Both the position numbers and the translations under genes were made by a program. Of a DNA stretch of 64,000 nucleotides, positions 52,303 through 64,000 are shown piece after piece. The stretch lies in NCBI RefSeq assembly GCF_037042905.1, contig NC_087245.1, positions 16,184,001 to 16,248,000 on the forward strand, written 5' to 3'. The DNA comes from Lytechinus pictus. Taxonomy: Eukaryota. The notes beneath the pieces were generated by a model. That model ran no database searches and was not told the origin of the DNA. It saw nothing but the letters and a program-made list of their open reading frames with translations. How positions within the stretch are numbered: position 1 is the stretch's first letter; each line of letters begins with the position of its first letter.

Positions 52303-52768
52303 AGGTCCCACGAGCCTAATTACATCAGGAGGGCTAAAGATATTCGTTCGACCCAACCCATTCGAATTTTTGTCAATTTGATATTGCTGATTGACAAAAA
52401 TGTATGAATGTGATTCAAAATCTAACACTGATTCTAGAAATGGTAACTACTGAACTTACTTCGCCCAAATTGGGAAGATAAATAAGTGACTTGGAACTAT
52501 TTTTTGACTGGCGGAATAATTAGGGCTATTTTACTGTTTCAGTTGATGAATTCGATCGATTCATAGTTATCTTCATAAATGGCGATTTATTTTTAAAATG
52601 AGCTGGCTACGGTACCCTTTCCTGGTCAGATTTGGAATGTCAGATATATATCCTATCCATTGGTAGTAAACATTCCACCCTCTAATTTCACATTTATATT
52701 TTATGAATTTTTCAAAAGTGCCATTTTAACACACAAGTCTATGGGGAATGTTTTACGCGCGTGACACC
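52303..52768. repeat. 466-bp near-identical direct copy of 50854-51319
   Basis: I see one mismatch only (atttgaat versus attcgaat). Confidence 0.95.
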
Positions 52769-54056
52769 ATAAGCAGTGCCTTTAAGAGATTACATGTCAC
52801 GGAGTGAGTAATCAAACCCTTGGAATGAGACTAGCATTTCGTTTTGCTGAATGTAGTAGCACTTAACCCAGCCCCCTGCTGTCTTTGTGAATTATACCAA
52901 CACATTGCATGATGGTGGCAAGTCAGTGGGACTAGTCTTTACTTCAGAAGTATTGTTGAAACTTGAAATTGATTGCAAGCCAGTGTTAGGACTTAAAATC
53001 AATCACAAGTCATGTCATTGATTGATTTGAAGAAAGCTTCTGGTCTGCTTGCAATAGTAAGATATTTTCACTTGAATTAATTAAAATTGATTGATCATTC
53101 ACTGATATTGGTATTTGATGGTCAGACAGAAGAGGAAGATATCAGGTTGAGCGCTTAGTATGATATTTTGACAAGCCATGACAAAAAGAAAACCATACTA
53201 CTTTTTAAAATTCTCAGGCAGTCGGGCGGGGTCAGTGTTGTGGAATTATTATCTTTAGCCTTAAAATATTTTCAATTTGTTAGGAATTTGCCAATGCCTA
53301 ATGGCATAAAATTGTTTATTTCACATCTTCAGCAAAATTCAGAAACCAAGTTGTCATAGCTGTATAAAGGTTTATACATGTACCTGAAATATACTGCAAA
53401 CAGTAATCATTCACCCCTTGTTTCTTTCAGTTTCAGTTTGAGTTAGACAAAAGATAATTTTTCTCTTCCAGTTGTCAGAGTTATTTTTTTTTATGGGGGG
53501 GTATTTTTGTTTTAGTTTTGACAGTTTGATCATCAACTTATTCATTTATATTTTTAGCCATGAAATGTTGTACTATTTTTGTGCTCTGCATAAGATTGTT
53601 CATTTATTTTTAAGGGGTAAGATTAAAGAAAAAGTTTTTTTTCACCACTTCAGTTTTTTTCAATTCCATGAAGGTCTTTTGAATGGTAGCGACCATATCT
53701 GTGGCATTATCCATCACGTATACTTTACCTGTCTACCACCGTTTCACCCCCTTTCTCTCACTACTCCACGGCTTTCCATCCCTCTCTCACCTCTTAATAG
53801 TTTCACCATCCCTTACTATACTTGTAATCATATTACATAGGGAGCATGTAGGAATGTGGTTTGGAAGGGGACAGAGCTTGTCATGCTTGTGTACACATTA
53901 CCTTGTGATGTAAACCCTGCATTAACTCCCCGATTTTAACAGGCCATTTCAATTTCCGGGATTATAGGTACTAGTCCATTTGTTGGTCTGTCCGTTAGGT
54001 GGTTGCCAAGTTTGTTGTCTGGAGAGAACTTCAGATTTACAGATTTTAATTTCAAA

Positions 54057-54373
54057 GGGTGGTATTCTAATAGCCATGGTTTAGTTAAACCTGGGTCAAC
54101 TTGGACTAAAATTTTATGGAGTGCCAGTTGTCAACTCATTCACCAATTGAGAATTATTTTTGTTCTGCTGGAAGAAATTTCTTTTGAAAAAAGAATTGAG
54201 TTTTAAAATAGAAAGAATTTAAAAATACAAAAATATGAATTTTAATGAATGATTTGATATACTTGCCACAGATATGGAAGAAATATTATGAAGTCTAGCA
54301 TTCCATAGAAGTGTTGCTTAAAATTCTAATTTGGACCAGGGTTAAACCAAGGTTAATTATCAGAATACCACCC
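54057..54373. mobile_element. MITE sharing its TIR with the 33710 element
   Basis: gggtggtattct...agaataccaccc flanked by AAA on both sides, with an imperfectly palindromic interior. Confidence 0.7.
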
Positions 54374-56729
54374 AAAACATTCTTATTAGGGATGAGCATG
54401 TAATCAGACTGGGTATGGTAGCTTGATGGTAAAGCACCGTCTTTATGAATGGGAGATCAACATCCCCCCACCTCACCAATCCATACCTTAAAAAATTGAC
54501 ATTCTGTCTTTAAGCTAATCACTCTGCACTATTTAATTTTACTTAGAGTATGACTCATAGATTATTATATTAATTCTTGTAAGCAGATTTATTCCCCCAA
54601 TTATATATGTATATATATATATATATATATATCTACATCTGTGTTTAAGGGGTGAATTTTTGTCCTCTGTCAATGTTCGTAATGCGCCTTAATGCCCTCT
54701 ACCTTCGAAGTTCGACTTAACGTCTAAATGTGTATTATAACAGCTTAAACCCATTCATAGACTTCGCCCTTAGATAGGATGTATGCATATATATATATAT
54801 TTATATATTTGTATATATATGTATATATTTATATGATTAATAAATGGAATGGTGTGAATAATGGAAAAAAAATAAATGAGAAATATATTTAAACTTAAAA
54901 AAATAGTTTGTAAACTTCAAAAGTTTTTAAGTAAACTTGAAAACTATTTTATCAACATGGAAACTGAATTTGAAACTTAGCCGTACCTTTGTAAACAAGA
55001 ATTTAACCAGTTCACACATCCCTGTCTGTCTTTTCCTGAGTTTCCACTTTAATTTTGGTCTTTGTGTAATGGGAGGATTAAAAATAGGAAAAAAAATTGG
55101 TTGGATTCCTCTTTGTTTTGTTTAGCAGCTCTGAATTATTAGAGGATATCACGAATAGGTCACCCCTATAAAAAAAACTGTTCCGCTATACACCTGGCAA
55201 AAGTATACCTGCAAGTACTTGTCTAGAGCTACTTTAGAACACTACACGTGTGAAGGGAAACAATGCATTGCTTGAAATGCAATTCAAGCAGCTCATGGAG
55301 GAAAAAAACAAATTGATACATCACTGAATTAATTTGCAATCGTCAAGAATGTGACAAGGTCGACAACTTGTACTTCTGTTTTTTACAGAAAATATTCTTA
55401 TGTTTTTTTAGAGAAAATATTCTTATGTTTGCCCCAGTGATCCAGGAATTCAGAATTTGTGGAATGTTTTCATGTCCCATTTAGTTGACTACTCTTTTTT
55501 GAGTGGTTTTGGAATCAGTAGGCATCTGGAAAGTTACTATTTTAGAACTTGACAGTTCCTCTTATAGATCCGGGCAGTGGATAGAGTCGGTATTTATTTT
55601 CAACTTCTGAATATTGCTACACTGCAAGATGTTGGGTGCTGAATATGCATATGTGTAGCTGAACTTGTGGTAAGTATTTGTGATGCTACTTTACACCAAT
55701 GAGTATCACTTCACAGTAGAAACTTTGTTGTTTAGATTTTTTTATTTTTGCTTTAACAAGAATAGGAATAAATGGGGAGAATATAGCTTCTATCTCTAAA
55801 GGTTTAAGGCAAATTGTAAGTAATAAATTTTTCATAGAAACTGCCAGGATTTTTTGCTACTTGGTGTATTTTTCTGTTTTGTCCATTATTTATATTCTCT
55901 TGAGCTCCAGACAGTAATGCTCAGAGTCTAAGGTGTGTCATGGGTTGGGTCATTAAACATAAATAGACAATGCTACAACAAATATTTTTCTTAGATTCAT
56001 GAAAGGAATTAACAAAGACTTGACATTCATTACAAAACAACACATTAGCGGTGGATGCATATATTTTACATAATGCTTATGTTATTATAACAAGCTTGTA
56101 GTGATTAGGCTTCAAAGACTATATTTTGCTAAACCTAGAAAAGTGAGCAAATTACTTTAATCTAACTTTTTTTGCGATGTGCTTTTTCCAGCTTAATGCT
56201 TTTAAAGGCATATTTGATAAATACATGTAGTGCAGTAGACTTGATTTAATTTCATACAAGGACCAGTAAATCAACTAAAATCAAATTCAAAATTAATATG
56301 AAGATCCATTCAAGATTAATAGGAAATACCTTGAATTATTCAAAATGCATTTGTATAAAATATACATATTTATAATTTAGACTTGCTGTTGAAGTTCAAG
56401 GGGTGTTTCATTAAGTAAATCATTTCAAGAATCAATCATAGGAACTCTGATGAAACATCTCTCAGAAATACATGTAGATTGTATGGAATTGTTTAGTGAC
56501 TGTATTGTAGGACACTATATATAACAGATGAACATGTATAAAGGTATATAGACGAGGTGTATTAAGTCTGTAAGGAAGATAGTCTGTAGTGGATATAGAT
56601 TTGAATGGGGTCACATTCTTCCTAGTCCGGTAAAATACCAGTGCTAGTAAGCCGATCTTCTCAGAGCCGTGTGTGATGAATGTATTGCTGTGTAGCTATA
56701 AACAATCTGACATGAAGATGTGTTGATTG

Positions 56730-57000
56730 TGAAGAGGAGGAGAAGAGAGAGATGGGAGGAGAGAAGAGAATGTGAAGCAAGAGAGGAAAGGGAAGGAGAA
56801 ATCAAGAGAAGAGGAGAGTTATAGTAAAGGAGAGAGTAAGGGAGATGGGGAAAATGATCAGACTTGAAGTAAGGGGAGGGAGATGGAAGGAGAAAGGGAG
56901 AGGGCTGGAGGAAAAGAGAGTGATGGAGGAAGAGGGGATAAGGCAGAGATGAGGGTATTAGACAGAGATGAAGAATTAGGAGAGATAAAAAGAGAACTGG
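56730..57000. repeat. GA-rich polypurine low-complexity tract
   Basis: About 270 bp, almost entirely G/A on the + strand. Confidence 0.8.
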
Positions 57001-59156
57001 GAAATTGGGAATATTTAAGAGACAATTGAGGGTGGAATGAAGATTATTAGGAGAAAGGGGCTATTGAAAATTGAAAAAAAATATAAAGCATCGACTGAGA
57101 GAAGTGCCAGGTGTGATTCTCGTCGGATTTAAATCCTAGTGTAAGTGTCAAAGTTGGTTAAGTTTTCAGCAAGAAAGAGTGAGGGGGATGGGGGGGAATG
57201 GGAGGATAGAGAAAAGGACAAGAAGGATTAAGATTAAAAGTGAACAACATCTTTAATAAAGGTAGTGGTTCATTGGGGTATAACAGACCAAGATGATAGA
57301 ACATGACAGAACAGACATTCCTCTGATTCTTATATCAGAGGGATACAACACATTCATGTGCTTTCTAAACTACACCCTGCCCTGTTAAGTAATTACCTCC
57401 TATAGAGCAACAACAAGGTCAATGATTTACAGATAGCAGTTTAAAACATGATGTTGGAAAATGAAATGAAAACATTTTCCTGATGGGAAGAAATGGCATC
57501 CATGTCATTTTGTTGGCCATAACAAATATCATATTGCAAAGTTATCCGTACACCTTTTGGTGGTGGACTGCAGGGGGCAAATCTAGGGATTTACAAGTGA
57601 TAGGTACTGAAAAATGGCGTCTTTTACACTTATCATTTTGGAAGATCTAGGGGTTCTTGTTTTCCATATTTCCCAAAGTCTTGGTATATTGCCGGTCAAA
57701 GGTGGGGGGGGGGGGGTGATGACCAGGTCCTTTTAGCCCCTAACCCAGGATCTGCTACCATGTGGGTAGGCTGTTTCTTTCCAAATATTCTGTTTTGTTC
57801 TATTTCATGCCCTTCATCAATGAAACTCGGTTCAATAACCCTTTAAAATGTACATGTAATGTGAGTGCACATGCGCAATCTATGGTAGATTTGATGTGCA
57901 ATCTATGGTAGATTTGAACATATCATTTTCATTTTACTTTATTCAATGGATTTTTAGTATAAGATCATCCTCTGATATTTTACTGAAGTTTTCAATTATC
58001 CAGTCAATCTTCACAATACCTGAACTCTTGATAATGCATTCATCACTAAAAGATGACTTAATGATATTACATGTGTAACTTCAGACATAGGCCCTGTCGT
58101 AAGCATCCTCTTTCAGTAGCCAACAAACTGTGTTTCAAAGTTCTTTGAAGTTTATTACAGTAGTGTGAGGGTAGACAGAAATAGGTCAGATATATTTGTG
58201 TTTATTAATCCTAGCATGGTGTAGGAAAGGGGATGGGCGCTATTTATACTAGTCTTTACTAGTGCTAATACCGAAGGCTTCTCAACAGAAACAGCTGCAT
58301 GCTATAAATTGTGTGTGATTTCACTCACAAGAAGGTTGGTCGCACTTGAGGAGATATCCAGATAGAGGTTCAAGGAATAAATCAAACCAACTGACATCTG
58401 TGTTTCAAAGTACCTTCATTAACATAGCGTATGATATCTGGAGAAATCCTTCAATGAAATTATACTTCATCGCTTAATTTTTCATGGAACACCTTCAGGG
58501 AGTTTTACTTGTCTCATAATCTTTTCACAGAAAATGATATATTGCTGAATGGGTTTTTCAGTAAGTGTTTGGTTTATTACAGATGGACTTTGAACAATAT
58601 CCATGTGATCATTTGAGAGATAGGGATAGCTGTTTCATTTACATATGTGCTGTAAATTGTATATTTTGATGCATCAGGGTCAAATGATGTGCAGTTCTAG
58701 ATTCTTTTAGTTGGTTATATTTTTCTTGACCCTAGTGCTGCACATCTCTCATTTTGAAATGTCTTTGACATCCTATGGGTTACATCCTCTGAGATACTTT
58801 TACAAAAGTGGGATTAACTTGTGCTTGCACCCTTTGGTTGGAAGGAATACCTTCCAGTTTTGCGGCTATCAGTTGAGGATTGAAGCTTAGAATTCATGCA
58901 TGCAGCAAAAGCAGTAAAAAATAAAAGGTTCGGTTTTGTTAAGCCATTTAAAGAGATGTCGATTTAATAATAATTAGAGACCAAAGGAAGCAGGAAAGTT
59001 TTGTCTTTCAAATCCATGAGAATCATTCTTAGTGAGTTTGGTAGGAAAGAAGCCGTATGCCCTTTTAATAAAGAGGTAATAAATATTACAGTTTACTGTA
59101 AATCTCACAAAAAATTGTCCTTGATTCATTCGAACCCTGATCTGTTTCTTCTCCAG

Positions 59157-59456
59157 CTCATGGTGGATGGATTGGTAGTAAGCCTCGGATCTCTGATATC
59201 CATCAGACCGGTATCACCTTGACCTGGGGTGCTGCACCTGTCAAGAAGTCCCGCACTCAACTCAACTACATCCTTGAAGCCAAGGACACCTACAGCAAGC
59301 AGTGGACTCTCATTGCCACCGACATCCTTGATACCAAGTTCTGTGTGGAGGAGTTGGACCCGCAAGGCGCCTACATGTTTCGGGTGCGTGCGGAGAGCGA
59401 GAGCGGGATCAGTGAACCGGGAGAGGAGTCCGATCTCATCAAGCTCAAGGATGCAG
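59157..59456 (+). CDS. Coding exon H; fibronectin type III domain
   Basis: Acceptor ctgtttcttctccag|CT, donor GCAG|gtatta, 300 nt, phase 1-1. Reads KPRISDIHQTGITLTW...NYILEAKD...QW...VEELDPQGAYMFRVRAESESGISEP, with the FN3 W, Y and LxPxxxYxFRVxA motifs. Confidence 0.95.
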
Positions 59457-60999
59457 GTATTAAGATAGAAATATGTTTGATTACATCATTAGAGCAGTAA
59501 GATCATGATGCGGGTATTGGTAAGTTGTAGGGATGGAAGCAGTTCTTCTTTTCTTTCCACTTTGTCCATCTCCATGTCACATCTGTCAGTCTTGATCTTA
59601 AGTCCTAGTAGGAGATGTGTAACTGTATACAGTTTCTTGTTTATGTCCTTTCATGTTGTTATAATAAACCTATTCAATATGGTGTATTGACTCAAGTTTT
59701 ACAGCTGTTCCTAAAAGAACAGGGTCAATCAACATTACAAAAGGATTGTTGAGATAGAGAGGACACATGGAGGTAACCCATTCAACTGAAGTGGGTCATC
59801 TGCAAAACTCAATATTGCGATTTCAGAGTTTATTTTTAAAACTTTCCAAGTTAATGCGTATGCAATGAATTAGTGATTGGTATTGCTCTAAACTGGTACT
59901 TGACTGATTCTTGCCTTAAGGCAACAGGTTCAGTTTATGGATAGGTTAAACTCGGAGTGCAAGTATTCAAGTATTCAAGTATGTAGTGCATCATAGATTT
60001 CTTGGATAAGTCTTTTCTTAAAATGTATATCAGAAAACCAAACACATTTTTATTTCAGCCAATCTTGAGCATGCATTGCAGCGAAACCCTAGTTTAATGG
60101 AATATGCTACTGACTTAAAAATATAATAAGACAATGCAAGTTAACTTTAATTTAATGTAATAGATTACAGCAGTTACATAGCAGGATGAAACAAGGATTT
60201 TGAATTGTTACTGAACCAGCCTACCACCACAGAACCAACAAAAAGTTGCCCAAAATAAATTTCTTAGATCTTCATCGAGTTTGAAAAAATACACCCTAAG
60301 CTTTAAAATTATATGCATGTACAGTGACAAAGTTCATTAATAACTCATTATTGATTGATTAGAAGACAAGAAAGATTAAAGAGAAAAGTGGATTTGAAGG
60401 TTGTGGTTGGCTCAAGCACAAGATGTGCAGGGTGCAGTCTCTGTGAAAAATCCAATCAGTCAAGAAAAATATGTCAAAGAAACTCTTGTATCTTGTCTCT
60501 AAGTTTACAGCTTCAAATTTTGAAAGATAGAATAAGAATTACTTTTGTAAATAAGCTAATTGCATATTTTTACTTTATGAAGATCAAGTTATTTGGCTCT
60601 TTATTGTTGGTTTTTGGGGTTTCAGGTCACATTCCAGTATTCTTTTCTTTCAAACTATGGCACTTCTGCATGCAATATGTTTTTACAAGTATCTAATTAA
60701 TACATGTAACTCTCTCCTCATTATAGAGCCATGTCCATTAATTTCTTTCATTAGTATTAATGAAAAATAAATTTTCCATCCTATTTTTTTTTCTCTCTTT
60801 GTATTTTGAAATGAACTTTTGTGTCTTGACCTTAATAGGCCTTCTAGCCATTCATGAATCTGTACAACTTCCAGATTCTACCCTCTATCAATCCCAAAGC
60901 ATGTCTTTTCTTTGAAAAGGAGATTGTAATGCTATGTATTCGCATGAGTTTTTATCAGTACTTTTCCTTTAGACCTCTTTCTTTCCTCAAATTTTTCAG

Positions 61000-61050
61000 G
61001 CAGTAAGGCAAGACATTCGCCCTCACAGTCGAACACCACAACAAACAAAG
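61000..61050 (+). CDS. Candidate 51-nt symmetric microexon between FN3 and Ig5
   Basis: Long pyrimidine tract ending tttttcag|GC, donor AAAG|gttacc (weak). Phase 1-1, open: GSKARHSPSQSNTTTNK. Confidence 0.5.
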
Positions 61051-63824
61051 GTTACCATTCATACTCTTTGCGATTGAAATTTTGCCACCAGTTTGCACAA
61101 GCTGCATTACACCTTAAAGCTTATTTTCCAAATTCATCCGATCACTTGCAATTTCTGGTGTGATTGTCCTTCCCTTGTTTCTTATTGACCATTTTCTTTG
61201 CATTATTTGTCTTTAACCTGTTGGTGACTTAGCCTGGCCGGAGTCTATGGAAAACATGTTATAGTGAAATCATCCAGTCTCCAATGGGTTAAGCTTATTA
61301 GTTTTGTTTTCATATTACACATGCAACAAGCATTTAAAAGGAGGAGATCTTGTTTCAAAGTAATCCAACTTCTTGGCAAATATGGGATATTTATATTAAT
61401 GATTATATTTAACAAAAAATTTTTCAATGTAAGGAAAATCTGTTTCTGTTGCTGAAATATTAGAAGTTGGCTATAAAGAGTAAATGATGGAGCTAAAAAG
61501 GTTCTTAGTTAACCAAATATTGGAAATGCAAGCTATTTTAACCATAGACCAGCCCCTAAAATCTTATGCCTAGCGCTGTTCCAAGCTTTCCAGTGTGATG
61601 TTGATGGATTGGAGTGAAAAAGAAATATTAGTCTGTTGTTACTAAAGATATTCAGAAAGATAAAGAAGAGGGGCAACCATCATAGCTTCTTGTCAATCTT
61701 ATTTATATTTTCTAGAATTTGTGTTCATAGAAAGGGTCAATTCCAAATAATGATGATAAAGCAACTCTTATCAAACTCATATCTTGGTCAGAACTCATCG
61801 TGATTTTAAGAAAATTTCTCTTCATTTTTGCCAATGTGTGTATCAGCTTCTTTGCCTGACTTTTCTTCCATTTTGAGAATGAACCTTAAAACAATCTTTC
61901 CTCAATCCTTGGGTATCAGCATGCCAGTTGGAACTTAACAAGGAATTGCTATGCTATGTTTTATCAACTACTCACCACATTGATGTGGATTCCTGATTTC
62001 CTTGTGGGATAATTTATCTAATGAACTGTTTTTTCCTGGAACCATCCCCCCCCCCCTCCTCATCCACTGCCATTCCCATTTTCATATTCTGATGTGTTTG
62101 TGGTAAAGTGATTTTCTATTTTGTGTATTTCATCATAGTTGTTTTTCATCCTCTTTACTATGACTTGACATGAATAGTTTATACCAATACCCTGAAACAG
62201 ACTGAATCTGTTTAAATGATTAATCCACTTGATATTCTGACTAGTCAATATATAGATGATTGTGTCAACCTAATTTTTTATTTGATTAATTTCGGGGGGG
62301 AAAATAGAAGTGAAAATTTGTTTCTCTGTTCACTGTCACAGATTCATTTTTTTCTCGTCAGAAATACACATACTGTGCCAAAAAGAAGTAGCTGAAATGT
62401 TCTGCGGACATGGTTTTAAACTTATGTTTGAACAGAAATTTAGGAATTTGCAATTGTAACAGTACAGCATTTAACCAAAATTCAGAACCGTGTCCATTTT
62501 GAACAATCATGTGAGCACCTTTTCATTGATAATCCACATGTTCATCATAGAGAAAACAATGGAGAATATGGACAAACCACTGTAAAAGACACACTGCACC
62601 ATTAATTATAACAGGATTCAAAGGCGCTCTGTCTTTCTTATTGGCTTCTTGTTTTGTCAATGATGATTGTAGAATAATTAGATACGAAAAATGCTTGTGG
62701 GCTTCTGAAAAGACAAGGCTCTGATTTTTTGTAAGTGTCTTGTCCAGTTTCATTGCAAATTTTATATTCTATTGTTATTTTTGTATAAATTCTACTTGTG
62801 ACAGAACATTTGGTGCTGTGGATGTTTTTTGTTATGTGTTTGTTTAAAAGTTTCTGGTGTTTCAAGTTTCATAACAGAGAAATACACTATTGTCATTTCG
62901 ATCAAGCTCCTAATGGTTATTGCCTGTATTTTTTTGGTTTTATACATGGGTATATGTGTTTGAAATGTTGTACACTTGAGGATAGTTAAAGGTCTTTAGG
63001 ACTTTCCGAGTTAAAATAAGTTCATGCCACAAACATGACTGGAAATAATTTTATTTTATTGGAACTCTCCATAGGAGACAAGAGATGCTGCTATCTGATA
63101 TTAAACTCAAGAGGGCGCTATGCACTGTAGGAGAATAAAGCTTCATTGGTGGTGTAATTTAATTACTAAACATGCACACAATTTATTATCAACTTATCAA
63201 TTTGCAAAGTTCAAATTGTGCATTAGTAAAATGAAATCTGGTATTAAAGCAAATTACTAGTCATGATTACATGTATTTGGCCAATTGGGGATTGTGAACT
63301 ATTTAAGACCCATTAATAATTGAACTATCATTGGTTGAAGAAGCATCTTAGAACCTGTTTCGCATTACCTTTCTTTCAGTAACAACACAGTGTTTTTATT
63401 TGCTTATGGTCCTGTTATATTCTATTGATAGAAATTTTGTGAAATTGAGAAACCTTTTCACAACAAAACAATATTTTAGACATTTTTTTTGTTTAGTTAA
63501 AATTTTACCAATTACTTCATGAATGTAGATAAGAGATTGTAGGTGACAGAATGAGCATATATATATGTTTTTGGTAAACACATATGTGTTTATTTTGCAC
63601 ATCTAGTCTTAACCTAGGGTAATTGATTTTATTATTATTATTATGTATCCTTGGAGATAACTAGAAAATAATGTAAGACTTCACTGGTGTATAAATTGAG
63701 TTCTGTGTAAAATAAACAAAAGATTACTAGTAGCATTTGTAATATGCTCATATCCATTTCAAGGAATGCTCAATGCTCCTTAGTTCAAATTTTTCAAGAA
63801 AGACATCTCTCCGTTCATTTGCAG

Positions 63825-64000
63825 GTAACCAGCCGCTCTTTGTGAAGACCACAGAGGAAGTATTTGCTGTGAAGGATGGCAAAGCCACCCTCTCCTGCAC
63901 CCTCTCCGGCGAGCCCAAACCCAAGGTAGTCTGGATGAGGGAAGAGGAGATTCTCAAGAACTCGGACAACCTCAAGGTCACGTCCCAACCCAATGGTGTG
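63825..64000 (+). CDS. Coding exon J (runs off the window); Ig domain 5
   Basis: Acceptor ttcatttgcag|GT. Reads GNQPLFVKTTEEVFAVKDGKATLSCTLSGEPKPKVVWMREEEILKNSDNLKVTSQPNGV. Confidence 0.93.

Noticed and set aside
55568..55670. Exon candidate ending TG|gtaagt
   Set aside because: It has a stop codon in the required phase; a non-coding exon cannot be supported from sequence alone.

Overview
AT-rich eukaryotic (animal) genomic DNA. The repeat content suggests an echinoderm such as a sea urchin, but this is inference. The window lies inside one large + strand, intron-rich gene. By hand I spliced 10 exons (4334-4586, 20766-20944, 21909-21993, 33384-33538, 36223-36350, 37698-38523, 49492-49572, 59157-59456, 61000-61050, 63825->64000) with GT-AG boundaries and matching phases into one stop-free frame of about 744 codons. 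The architecture is Ig - linker - Ig-Ig-Ig - linker - FN3 - Ig, typical of intracellular titin/obscurin(UNC-89)/SPEG/MLCK-type muscle proteins. Neither the start nor the stop codon was located. The introns hold many non-autonomous DNA transposons (TTAA-flanked Kolobok-like and Harbinger-like foldback MITEs), a tRNA-derived SINE, LINE tails, local duplications and microsatellites. The most notable non-coding signal is a minimal hammerhead-ribozyme-like motif (40734-40772). It sits near the 3' end of an 834-bp insertion with an 11-bp target-site duplication, probably Penelope-like, nested in a palindromic MITE and sense to the pre-mRNA. No prokaryotic features are present and almost all ORFs in the supplied track are spurious.
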